Below are positions 38,201 to 50,808 of a stretch of DNA of 64,000 nt, one piece after another. The notes beneath the pieces were generated by a model. It searched no databases. It worked only from the letters and a program-made list of their open reading frames with translations, and had not been told where the DNA came from. Origin of the DNA: Octopus sinensis (taxonomy: Eukaryota); assembly GCF_006345805.1 (NCBI RefSeq), contig NW_021831847.1, positions 186,001 to 250,000 on the forward strand. Direction: 5' to 3'. The position numbers and the translations under genes are program-made. How positions within the stretch are numbered: position 1 is the first letter of the stretch; every line of letters begins with the position of its first letter.

Positions 38201-38619
38201 AAAATACTAAATTATCAATGTAGATTACATTATATTCATTTGTCCATGAAAGTTCTCTCAATTGTACTATGAAGTAAATTACGCTAAACTACATTTATTA
38301 TTAGAATTAAAAAAGATAGTCCATAAATTGAAGACGATCCGGGTCCACCTTGTAACCAAACCAAAATCGACAATTTAGAAATCACTCGATTCGGTGTACC
38401 AAACATTTTCGGCCAAAGTCGAAGAATTCAGAGATTTGCTTTCAGACTACATTGTATGAAACACATCATATAGCCTGTAATAGATTTGATCACCTGGAGA
38501 AAAAAACATTCTATGCATAACTGAAGGTGTGGAAATGAATGATTTACTAACCAATTCTACGTGCACTACCATGATTTAATTTTCTTTTGGTTCTTTTTGT
38601 TTTTAATTATTCGAATTAT

Positions 38620-38834
38620 TATGTCGCGAGCGCTGCGAGCGACCGAGCGCAGCGAGCGATCACTCAATTTCTAGATGCGATCATTCAACAAATCATAAAT
38701 TGACAAATAACTGCTGGTATTTGGGTTTAATATATTCGATTACAAAAATTAAAATCGATGCCAAAGCAGAATGTGCTTTAAAACCGATTTCATAAAATAA
38801 ATAATATTTTATTTATCGCAGCGCTCGCGACATA
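38620..38834. mobile_element. ~215-bp element with 19-bp perfect inverted repeats (MITE or Helentron-HINE-like)
   Basis: TATGTCGCGAGCGCTGCGA (38620-38638) and TCGCAGCGCTCGCGACATA (38816-38834), with an internal GAGCGCAGCGAGCG motif. No TSD is evident. Confidence 0.5.
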
Positions 38835-39049
38835 TTACTTGCTATTTTACCAGTGTTGATTATACCGGACAAATTAAATTTAGTAAAAATTTTATATAAG
38901 TCTCTCGAAGTTTAAAAAGTATCATCGAACACAAAATTTATTATTTTTTAATTGAATTAAGTTCCATTCTTAAATACATTTTTCGGACAATTCTTTGGAC
39001 GCTTTACATTCTTTTAGAAAAGTTTTTCATCAAATTATTGACAAAAATT

Positions 39050-40250
39050 GCCAACAGGTAGCCTCCTGAAAACATTACCAACAGCGAGTCTGATGACTAG
39101 TTCAGTTTCAGACAATAGCACATGTAGTGTGTACTTACCAAGATCAGTAGTAGGTAGCCAGAGCGTTTATAACCAAGACTGAGGCTAACTAATTCAGATT
39201 TTTGGAGCCGGTATCTCAAGTTTCCAGACGGTCTTCTCGTTTTTGTGGTTTCTGAATGGATATTAATATTCCTGTCCCAATTGGGAGCGGACAAAGCAAC
39301 ACAAATGCCTTGTTCAGTATTTGTGCAAAAAAGCTCGCTAGACAATTGGGGCATATTTATTTCGTTTGACAGACTTCGTGAATGTCCAATTTTTTGAGGA
39401 TATCTGTATTGTTTGGAGCCACCGAATACCCAATAGGCGATAGTATTTCTCTACAAATAAGCAGAAATGGACTAACCCAGTCGTACGCGGTGTTGATGTA
39501 TAGACTTTAACTGATAAATGGCAGTCTGAATTTAAAATTAAACTCGCCATACGAACTGTCCTTGTTATCCTTGATAAGCAACCAAAGAGTACAAATAAAT
39601 CGGAATGGAGGGAGGGATGAGAGAGCAGAGAGGACAGACTGAAGGACTTGACCAAATGATAGACTTGTGTCTTATAGAGAGGGCGTATAGTGTGGACGTA
39701 TATTTGGACAATGTCGGTGAAAATGTGCACGCGGACGTGGATTAAGTAAGAGTAATTCGGAATGTCTCATTTGTGTGCCGAGGAGAGTAGTCTGTCTTCC
39801 ACAATCAGTTCACTTGCCTGGTCAATCCATCACTTACTTGTTCGGAGATTATGTTTTTCATTCGCCCAAAGAAACGTCGGACAAAGAGCTCTTTGTTTTT
39901 AGTGAGAAATGCTCTTCTACTGCCTTGGTAGACTGGGCACTGCATGTGGGCGGGGGACGGGCATGTCCGCCGAGAGATAGTTCTGTAGAGGAGTGGTAGC
40001 ACACACACGTGTCGATTCCCAGGGTGGAGGACTGCTTGTCCTGCTGTATAAGAGCGTCTGATCAATTTGTGATATACACAAACCAATGTGTTCTAACAGG
40101 TGTTGTACTGTGTTATATTAGTTGAGTATTTCCCGTGAATTGGTCTGTCAATTACATGTGCTTATTACATCATCAGACATATCCTATATCACCAGACTTA
40201 GAAAGGTCTTCTTGACTCATTAGTGGCATTACTAGCAATGCACTGATTTA
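39050..40250 (-). CDS. Unidentified candidate multi-exon gene
   Basis: Coding-like GC content with several GT..AG segments of ~20-27 nt (e.g. GTGTGTGTGCTACCACTCCTCTACAG, GTTAGTCCATTTCTGCTTATTTGTAG). No recognisable domain, and the full frame was not resolved. Confidence 0.35.
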
Positions 40251-40823
40251 TGATTCTTTGTCGGTCTTGTGCCTGTTATGTGACACAACACGTTACAATT
40301 CGGCAAATATGATTTTATTTCAATTATTTCTTTATTAACCCTCATTCTTTGACCGTAGACAGCCACCATGACACGTGGTTACGAAAATATATTCGTGGAG
40401 GTAATACTCCCCTCAAACATAGAAAATAGCACACTCTCCGGGAATCAGTAAGGCTACCTTATTTATAATATTCAATAGAAAACACACTTTTTCTACAAAC
40501 AGTTTATTTTGCGAGATATTGAATTCAAACTAATAGGGTATAATACTTTTTTAAATATTGGAAATGTAAATAGTGTGTTTGATGTAGTTCACTTACTGAC
40601 AGTTTATCTATTTTCTTCATTTTGATTAGTTTCAAACAACTTTGCTGACTCTAGTTTTTCGTCGAATGTTTTACATAAAGTAGACATATTTCGTAATCTG
40701 AATTCATATTCTGAACTTTCTGTTAATATAAAATATTTTTACTTATTTATTTACTTTTTTAAAATGAAAGACATAATAATCACCAAGATAAGTTAATGAA
40801 TTGTAAATAATTTTAGCATAGAT

Positions 40824-41490
40824 CAGCGGTTCTCAACCTTTTTTAGACTGGGGACCACTTTTGCACTATAAAATTTTGTGGGGACCACCTTAAATAAAAT
40901 AAACATTTTTTGGTATTAGCGCACAATTTTTGGCCTCGTTAGACATGTTCGAATATTTATTATAAAAATAACATGAACATTATGAAAATAACAGAAAATT
41001 TATAGTAATTTAGTGAGATTTCTGATCTTGTTTGCTCAGAATAATTTTACTTATATCAGGCTCTATGTTCGACAAAGCTACTCGCATATCATCTTGTACC
41101 CGTAGTCTATTTCTATATTTTGTTTTTAGAAAAGTCAGACACGACATCGCCATTTCAAATTGTACGTAAGAATCCGACCAAAGACGACGATTCTTGTTAA
41201 CCATAACTAGAATGATAAACCACGCTAATCAAATCAGATTAATTTCAATGTTTTTGATTTATACTTAATTGTATAATTAGTTTTAAATTTAATATATTGT
41301 TATTTTTCGAAAATTCCTGGGGACCACTAAAAATTTTCTGGGGACCACGATTGAGAACCGCTTGATTAATTTCAATGTTTTTGATTTATACTTAATTGTA
41401 CAATTAGTTTTAACTTTAATATATTTTTATTTATCGAAAATTCCTGGGGACCACTAAAAATTTTCTGGGGACCACGGTTGAGAACCGCTG
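40824..41490 (-). mobile_element. Non-autonomous hAT, 667 bp
   Basis: TIRs CAGCGGTTCTCAACC and GGTTGAGAACCGCTG; 8-bp TSD GCATAGAT at 40816-40823 and 41491-41498. Transposase C-terminal remnant KTKYRNRLRVQDDMRVALSNIEPDI..SH*. Confidence 0.95.
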
Positions 41491-41872
41491 GCATAGATGA
41501 TCAGTGATTTTTCTAGTGTCTAAAACTACATTAAACATCCGTGAATTGTTAGCCGACAACTAAAATGTTCATAGATCCTTTGAAGATTGCATTTTTATAA
41601 ACAATGAAACTCATTTGAATATAACAAACATTGAGATATTAAAAATGTTCTATTTGTTAAAAGACCTAATTTTGGAATCTTCACGAAACTTGAAAGACTG
41701 TCATCATTCTCAATTCATCTGTTTAGAGGCTGTTCTGATTCCTTAATGTATATCATGAATGATACTTACAACTCACAAGCACGACCAAATCCACGAGGCA
41801 CAAGGATATGTAGAAATTGTGTCCCCTCCCTATCCAATATCACTAGTTAATTCAACGTGCATTACTCTACGG

Positions 41873-42600
41873 CAGGGATCTCCAAACCCCGGCCCGCCAT
41901 GTGATTTAATCCGGTAAATATCTTTTTGTGGCATCCGGCCCGCTTGTTGTTGAAACGCGAGAGAAAATTTATAAACTTATATTACTTATTTAATAGTTAA
42001 TAATATTTTTTGAATATATCAAATACGTAATTAAATTAAATAAATATATTTTTGCTTTTTTTAGAGTCTAAACATGAAATTTTATGTAAAACTAAACGAA
42101 AAATTGACAGTGAGTGCCGTTTGTTTAACAACGGATGGAACCTTAAATAATTTTTCATCGAATTCAATAAAAATGCTGTGTGTGTCATATGCAATGACAA
42201 AATTGCAGTTATGAAAGAATACAATATTCGACGTCACTATGAAACCAAACATTTGCGAAAATTTCTGTAAAGAAAACGTTTGTGAACTTTCTGTCGAATT
42301 TGGTACCCAAATAATTAAGGATTTGAAGAAACAATTTCTTGGAGGATTTTCTGATCTTGACAAGAGAAGCGATGAAATAAGGTTTTTAATAGTTTCATTC
42401 ATTGAAGGTTATTTGAAAATCCTTTTCAATGCGAAGCCGAAACTATTCCAAGTTATCTTCAACTTGAAATAATTGAACTCCAATCAGATAATATTCTGAA
42501 AGATAAATATGAAAAACAGAATATTATTCAATTTTATAAATATTTAAATTCTAATCAGTTTCCAATTTTAAAACATATCATCATTGCATCATTGTAATTT
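41873..42600 (+). mobile_element. SPIN/GTF2IRD2-like hAT remnant
   Basis: Starts CAGGGATCTCCAAACCCCGGCCCG. Encodes KRKIDSECRLF..CVICNDKIAVMKEYNIRRHYETKH, then C-terminal LQLEIIELQSD. Confidence 0.75.
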
Positions 42601-42722
42601 TAAAATATGTGCGACCATCAAAATTAAAATATTTGGTGATAAAATAAAACTCAAATTAAGTAAAATGATTTTTAATATATTAGCGCCATAAATCAACATA
42701 TTTTTGATTAATTCTTAAATTA

Positions 42723-44173
42723 CAGTGCTGGTAGAAAAAAACCGGTTTTGCAGTTACTAACTTTTTTTGGCAGATAGCATTTATTTTTTTAACTGAATCG
42801 AACTCTTTGTAGTTGATTAGATTTATATTTTTTTTATTTATAAAAAATTTCATTAATCGTTTACAATTCGGATGATTTAAATTTTGCGTGTGAATAAAAA
42901 ACCGGTTTTCATTATTGAGTGATATTTTAGTTGTTGAATTTTTAGTTTTATAAGCAATGTTAAATAAAATAATTAAAGGGAAGATTCTTGCTCTTTATGA
43001 GTTAAATTGGACGATAAAAGATATTGCAGATCATCTAAATACTCCAAATCGACAATCGGAGATTTTCTTCGAAAATTCAAAAAATATGGAACTATTGATA
43101 GGATTCCTGGTTCTGGGCGTCCTAAAAAGCTTCAAAACAAGACGTTGAAATTTTATTGCATCTTGTTGAGTGCGATCCAAAAAAATCTTCTAACACGTTG
43201 AGGAATGAAATAAACCATTTAACTGGTAAGAGTGTCTGTAGAAGACAATTGGAAATTACTTAAATTCCAATTTTCTCTTCGGAAGAGTATGTCAACGCAA
43301 ACCGTTGCTTTCGAAGAAAACAAATAAAAAGATATGAATTGTCAAAAATTTTTATTCGGATGAACAATGACGCATGGAAAACTATTATTTTCTCTGATGA
43401 AGCATCTTTTCAGATTTTTCCTACTAAAAAAAGGCAATACAGTTATCGAAAAAAAAGTTCACGTTATGAATTGAGCCATACTACGCCGACAGTAAAATTT
43501 GGTGGAGGCAGTGTTATGGTTTGGGGCTGTATCTCCTATCAAGGAGTGGGCAATTTAGTTTTGTTAATGGAACCCTCAATTCCGCTAAATATATAAATGT
43601 TTTAACGAATAATTGTTCGTTTCGGCGCGAAAAATGGAACTAAATCGGTTCACTTTCCAACAAGATTTGGCTCTCTGCCATCAATCTGCATTGACAACCA
43701 AGTTTTTTGAAGAAAATAAAATTCCAATTCTTGATTGGGCTCCGCAATCTCCAGACATGAACCCAATGGAACATGTTTGGAGCATGATGAAGCAGAAGTA
43801 TTCTTTAGATCCTGCAAAAAATAAACTGGATCTGGAAGTCAAATTAACAAAAATTTGGAACGAATTGCCGTCTGAAAGTATTCAGAAGTTAATTGATAGC
43901 ATGCCTAAAAGGTCATACGAGCTATTTATTAATCGAGGATACCACACAACATATTAACTGTTGATTTTGTTAACTCTTTTTGTTAAAACCGGTTTTTTAT
44001 TCACATGCAAAAATTTAAATTTTTAAAATTTCGGCCGATTATTGAAATTTTCTAAAAGTAAAAAAGATTATATAATAATCAACTTCAAACTCTTTATTTC
44101 ATTTAGAAAATTAATAGCTATCCGCCAAAAAAGTTAGTAACTGCAAAACCGGTTTTTTTTTCTACCAGCACTG
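42723..44173 (+). mobile_element. Full-length Tc1 (DD34E) transposon with frameshifted transposase, 1451 bp
   Basis: TA-flanked CAGTGCTGGTAGAAAAAAACCGGTTTTGCAG ends. Motifs GSGRPKK, IIFSDEASF, VKFGGGSVMVWGC and FQQD-(34 aa)-E (WAPQSPDMNPMEHVW). Confidence 0.97.
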
Positions 44174-45204
44174 TATACTTGTCAAGTTAATTTGATCAAA
44201 CCTATTTATGTTGTTTTTTTTCCATTTTGAACTACGTCTTTAGCAGAAAAAAACAACCAGAAATGATAGGCCGAGGCGGGCCTTTTTAGCAACAAAAACG
44301 ACTGTCACAAATCTCACAAATAAAAAGATAAATTTTAAAATTTCTCGAAACCAAAAATTGGTTCAAACTTGACAAAAAGTGAAACTGTAAGATATAAATA
44401 AAAAAGTAATCTCAAAGTCTGAATTGCTGAATAATCCATTGATGAACAACAGTCGGAAAGTCGTTGTTAAAGTTTAAAAATCACCTGGAATTTTAGAGAA
44501 ACGGAAATAGAATTGAAGCATTCCCTAATTTGGAAATTTATCAAGTGAAATCGGACTTCACTCAACGGAACAAGGTTCTCCTAATTTTGTTATTTGAGGA
44601 TGCGTCTTTATTGACACAGCCTACATTTTGGCGTATTCTTCGAACATTTTGTACTTAAAAAAAACTGGAACCTTTTTCGCCACTGAAGAAATGTCTGCAG
44701 TCATGTTAAAATCTCTTTGTAGATTCTTTTAGTTTTTATTTTCTTAGGCTATTAGATAACCCTACAGTTATAGTTGTCGATTTTCACGTCTCAAAACTTA
44801 CATATCAGTTTTTCTTCTTTCAAAAATATTTACTATCACACATTAGCTCTGTATGATTTTAATACTTTATTAATGTTTTTTTTATTTATCCTTATTTTAA
44901 TTGGAAAACCTAATAAATTAAAACATTCTCATTCGTCTGTTAGATCAGGTTTTTGTACCACATTCCTTGTCTTTTGTCATTTTATTTTTTATATATTTTG
45001 AAGGAATAATTTTTCATGACTTTTCATTTAATGATTACATTATTTGAAATTTCATCGTTTAATATTTATTTCGATTTTATTCCTTTCAAATCATTTTTAT
45101 TTTAGTCATATTGAAATTTTTACATTTTTTCTGATTTTATGTTCCTTTTTAACACCTACGGCATTCATATACACACCTCACATATCCGACAAAATTATTA
45201 TAAA

Positions 45205-45449
45205 ATAATGACCAGTTCTTAAAGAGGTCAGAAAATGTGGGTTATAGTCCCTATTGTGATAGTACTTGATATTTTCATTGATTTGTTGTTTTTCTGGTCA
45301 ATACACCACATTCCATGACAACTGGCCATTATTCATTACTTTTGTTTTGTAAATGTATCTTTTGTTATTTTGCCATACGTGTGCTCGTGTTTGCAGTAGA
45401 TGACAAATTAAGCCCTGAGGGGTTCTCAATTAAGCTTGGAAAACTATTA
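45205..45449 (-). other. Endogenous rhabdovirus-like L fragment, downstream part (left of pogo)
   Basis: In frame with 47326+ after removing the pogo and one TA: GRNTINSFPSLIENPSGLNL. RDYNPHFLTSLRTG follows in another frame. Confidence 0.7.
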
Positions 45450-47325
45450 CAGTACGACCCCGGTTTGGGGCAGACCCCATGGGTGGGGCACCCTCGGTTT
45501 TGGGGCACCCCCGCTTTTAGGGGCAGTTTTTGAAAACAGTAAATTTTTCATTCTATTATTTATTTTTGATGACCCCGGTTTGGGGCACTTATTTAATTTA
45601 TTTAATTACAAAATGTTAGTTTATTTATTAATTATTAATTAATACTATTATTTCACGTGTTTATTTTGACTTTAGTATGGTTCGTAAAAAGAATTCAAAG
45701 ATTAATTATGAAACAAAAATTAAAATCGCTAAAGATATAAAACATGGTCAATTTTCAGAAAGAGATCTTGCTAAAAAGTATAAAACGAGCAAAGGTATCT
45801 TTTTTAACTAATTATTAATTACAGGTACTATTTCTCGCATTAAACAAAATTTTGTTTATTATTTTGACGCGGGATTAACTGAATCCGATAGAATCAAGGA
45901 ATCACATGATCCAAATAATGAATTAGATAGATTAGTTTTTGAAACTTTTCTACGTCTGAGAGATGAATTTCTTCCAATTTCTGGAACTATCTTAAAACTG
46001 ATTGCAAAAAAATTATCTAAAAAGATAAATTATGAATCATTTAAGGCATCAAATGGATGGCTAGACCGGTTCAAGAAAAGACACGAGTTGCTATTTAAAA
46101 CTATAAGTGGAGAAAAGAATTCATCTGACCTTTCTACGGTTTCCAATTTTTTTGCTGATTATGACAACTGTTTGGAACTGTAGGAAGTGAAAATATTTTT
46201 AACTGTGATGAAACAGCTTTATACATAAAGCGAACGCCGTCGAAATCTTTTGTTCAATTTAATGACAAATGCAATGGAATTAAAATGAGCAAAGAGAAGT
46301 TACCCTTCTCCTTTGTTGTAATGCACTTGGTGAAAAGTTAAAACCTCTATTAATTGGAAAATTCAAATCTCCTAGGTGTTTAAAAAATTTTAACGCTGAG
46401 GATCACGGAGTACTATATGCTGCATCAAAAAATTCGTGGATGACTAGTGATATTTTTGGGAAATGGTTATGGAAAGTAAATCAAGATATGATCAATGAAA
46501 AGAGAAAAATTGTCTTAATACTGGATAATGCGAGCTGTCACAGAAATACAGAATATTCCAATGTTTATTTACTTTTTCTTCCCAAAAATACGACCGCTTT
46601 AATTCAACCCCTAGATATGGGAATAATAAAATCCTTCAAGTCCCTCTATTTCAATAAACTGATTGATTTTACTCTTATATTTGAAAAAGAACAGCTTTCT
46701 GATTTGAATTTGAATAATGTCAATCTTAGACAAGTCATTACAGTTGTCGGGGAGGCATGGAAAATGATGTCAGAGACAACGATAATTAATTGCTGGCAGA
46801 AAATAAATGAAAACAGATCAAAAATTTCGGATAATGTACAGTTGGACGAAGAATTAATAGATGACGTGATTTCAGATGTTATTTCAATGGATTCGACAGA
46901 TATTATTGAGGACAAAATTACTTATGATGGATATGAATCTAAAAAATCATCAATTAAAGAAATCATAAACATCGTGAATTCTCTAGAAGATAATATTTTC
47001 AGTACATGTCCACAATTTTTGAAAATCTACTACGAATTTAGAAAAAAACCTATCAGGAGAACTGAAAAAAAACCAATTCGGTGAGAAAATTACTGATTAC
47101 TTTTAATAGTTTTTTTGTTGGATTTATTAAAATTTTTAAATTTTATTAAGAAAGGACTATGTTAGAATTTTTTTAATATTAAATAATTTTAATTTATAGT
47201 CTAAAATGCAATAAAAATCTATTGAGGAGAAAATAAAAGCAAAAAATCTTTACCCTCGCATTTTGGGGCACCCCCGCTTTTTGGGCACTATGATAAAAAT
47301 GCTGCCCCAAACCGGGGTCGTACTG
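45450..47325 (+). mobile_element. pogo/Tigger transposon, near full length (1876 bp), transposase disrupted
   Basis: 24-bp TIRs CAGTACGACCCCGGTTTGGGGCAG with a TA TSD. HTH and CENP-B motifs (FKASNGWLDRFKKRH), FNCDET, LDNASCH and QPLDMGII. Confidence 0.97.
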
Positions 47326-48405
47326 TAATTGTGTTCCTCCCAAGGACAGGACTACAGGCCATCCTGGCCATTAACCTTATCCTCTCACATTTGACTTCCT
47401 TGTAAATGAAATTCCAAAAAGACAGGCTCTCAGTGATGGGATCAGAAAATTGTCGTATTAAAAACCTGCAAAGGTTTGTTCCACCAGCTCCACCGAGTGA
47501 GGAGTCGAGGTATAACACAAGTTCTCTTCTTTTTGATGTCGCAAGGTATCATTTGACCGTTCATCATGGGTACTTTGCCATACACAATAAATGCTGAAGA
47601 CGTCCATGTCTCCTCCTTTTTAACCATTAAACCCATCTGTTCCACACCATAAAACACATCCCGTAAGAATATCTTCATGTGAGTGGGAATGTCTGACAAC
47701 TCTCTTTGCCTTACTGCTTCTGAGTCACCAGACACCAGTTTGTATGTGACACAGATAATCTGATTGTCCCCCTGTGCTAACATTTTCATTTTGATATTCC
47801 TTCTCAACTGTGCTTTATCCCGAATCATTAGCATGCTGCAAAGACACCACCCCTTTTGTCTTAGCCCTTCTAACCCGCCTGGCTGTCCATTCCAGGATAC
47901 CATCAAATCATCGTGTTTGTTCTTTATTCTATCTGACTCATCAATCATGAAAGCAAGTGGTGCATCGGCATAATAAAAGTACGATCTCTCAAAGATTCTG
48001 TGTGTCCGAGAGAAGACGTTCTCAAACCCACATGCACGATCCATTACCTTGAAGATTGGTGAAGTTGAATCATGCCTCTGGCGGTTGTTCCATTTCGAAT
48101 AATCTACGTGTGCCGCATACTTGATTGTGTCTTTTGACCCATCCAAATGTCCAGGGACTGCTTCTCACATTTTCTTATATACAGTTATGGATGAATCGTT
48201 CATTGTTATGGAGTCGAACATGGGGAGGAAATGTTTCCCTATAAGCTTCTCAGTTGCGACAAAATAAAGCCGTAAGGGGTATTTCATCAGTGAGAAAAAT
48301 CTTCCCTCCATTTTAAGTTCACGTTCTTTAGCTCTCAGCTCTCACACCGATTACGTAATTTTTCTCTTCAAAGCCATTTTCATCTATATTCTTTAACAAA
48401 TAACA
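47326..48405 (-). other. Endogenous viral element: rhabdovirus-like L (RdRp) core
   Basis: [32 protein letters not shown] (pre-motif A), HVDYSKWNNRQR (A), GGLEGLRQKGW (B), LAQGDNQII (C), YGKVP (D/E region), LYLDSSLGGAGG..RQFSDPITESLSFW. Includes a stop, a 7-bp duplication and a deletion. Confidence 0.95.
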
Positions 48406-50808
48406 TAATTTATTCCCGAAATATTAAATTAACTTAATTTCATTCTTTAATTATCAATTTTATAGCAACAACGCTTCAAAATTAAAAAATAATCAGATAA
48501 CTAAAGACCCTCCTCCAATTCGATGATCCTCTCCGCCATTTTGGCTATTCCATTTTTTATTTATTTAATGACCAAAAAACCAGGGTAAGCCAGTTAATTA
48601 TAATCCCCGTGATCCCCCATTCAAGCGACGGATATCCTTCTGAAAGGTTCGATCCTGCCCACATGATCGGACTGAGACGACGATGTCCCAGGGTCAGAGT
48701 CCATTTTAGGTTATCCTAATAAAATTTTCAGAAAAAATTTATCGTTCATTAAAAAAAATTATTTTTATTCTAGATTTGTGAAAATTAATCCATTTTAGCT
48801 ATTCGAGAAATATGAATTCCGTGTAACCGCTCCCCGTCCTCCTTTTCGATAACATAGAGATCATTTGTTCACTCGACAACAATATACTTATTAACATCAA
48901 GTCCATCGTACAGTGGATTCTGCCGAACATTGGCATCGTTGTTCTATCTAAAAATTTATTTGACGCTGAGACCTTAAAAGCACAGTCGTTCCGACATTGA
49001 TATTTTCTTCGTCGTATCTCCATTTTCTTTTTTCAACCATTTTTTTGCCAGCAATAATTAAATTTTCTAATTAACTTTCTCGGGCTTCTCATAATCCCGT
49101 CAAATCATATGCTAAAAGTTGCCTCATTTCCTTTTCACCAATCCTTCCAGAATTTTCAACACCCATGAATATATAAAAATAGATTTTTTTGTCGAACAAT
49201 GAATGCTATTGTTGTAATCATGAACCATGTCCTTTATGCATGCCAATATCGTCCAAAACAATTTTGAGAAGAACTTGCCGACTATATCCAGCGTTTTATG
49301 CTTTGATTAAATCTAAAATCGATTTTAAATCATTAACCTTTCGACTTGTATCCAAGGAGCACGAAACCTCCCACGTACATGTTTTATACCATATTTAGTA
49401 CATAGAGCATCCATTAGCGAATTGCAAAATTCCTTTTTATTATCAGTGTGTAGAATTAGCGGAGGCCGACATAATAAAAAATTCTTTCGAATAAATCTGT
49501 GATTTCTGCAGAAGATTTGGTCACCGACAGTTCAAGCATTACATATTTGGAAGAAAGCAGAAAGCGAAATCACCTTAGAGATTTCTTCTCTATTCAATCC
49601 ATAATAAAGATTTCTTAATTTCGAAAAAAGCCAGTCTCTCCCAAAGTGATTATGTTTTGTCTAACTTTTACTGGAGGACATACTGGATATTAAATAAATT
49701 TGTTCAGTTTTTTTTGGTTTCTGAAGCACCGCACACAATAACTTGACACAACTCGTTCACTTCCTCATCTCAAAAGACCAATCAACTTCAGTAGACGAAA
49801 CAACCTTTCTACCGACATGTTATACTCCCCATCTTCTTCAAAGCATCAATTCAGTCCTCGATAAGAATTTGTCTTAATAATTTCAGTTTCTGCGCAATCA
49901 CTAAGATATCTCTTTTACTGTCCTTGACATTGTATAAAACTCAATTCTTGATCTTCATTGGATTGTGTATTTCCAGTTAAGACCTGAGTTGTTTCCTGTA
50001 AAAAGCAATGAGATTTTTAACAAATTTCTGATTCGTCCTTATGCTCCATAATTGTACAGTAAGATGGGCAGGATGAAAGCATTGTACAAACATATTAATA
50101 AAGTACATAATGTTGAAAGGGACATTTTAAATAAGATCAATGCATCAATCAAACAATATATTGATCCCTGCCGACATCATCTATGCAGGACAGTGCACAT
50201 ATGAAAGCCTTACCAACAAGACCAGGCCTAAGAGTAACTGGGAAGAATCAATGAAGAGAAAATCACTAAATTTAAACTACAGCTTGAGAAATTCCTAACT
50301 GCTAGCGAAATAATGATGAAGAAACTCACTGACGAACAGCGTTGCGGTGCTTGGCGTGGAGGACAGGGTGAAGGCATACATTCAGACACTGGTGTTGCGG
50401 CAAGCCGAGACAAGGCACGGGTTATCGATGCCTGTTGAAGAGGTAGCCCCTAAATCTAGACTGCACGTTGACATGAATCTGCCCATCCGTGGGAGGTTGA
50501 TGCAATAAAACACTACAAATAACGAAAACGGAAATTGAACAAGTATTTTATTATCTCATATAAAAATTCATAATCGTACCATCAACTCCTTGTTTCCTCA
50601 TCGATGCCGGCTATCATCTCTGAAGAATTAGACACGATCCCTGCGTCCACAACCGGCTCTTTGATCGTGTCTCCATTGTCGTTCTCAGGGAAGCAGTTTT
50701 TTAATTCTCTCTCGGGTAGTCCCTGATTGTCTTTATTTCGTTTATTTATAAAATATGTCTCTTTAAAAAATTATAATGGTTGTCCTATTCATTTAGTCAA
50801 TATGATAT

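Noticed and set aside
48540-50000. Further viral genes or a Mutator-like transposase upstream of the L fragment
   Set aside because: L similarity stops near 48405. The remaining short ORFs show no N, G or M motifs and no DDE motifs I can recognise.
50100-50420. CR1/L2-type LINE 3' remnant (KFKLQLEKFL)
   Set aside because: A single short motif is not enough to call.
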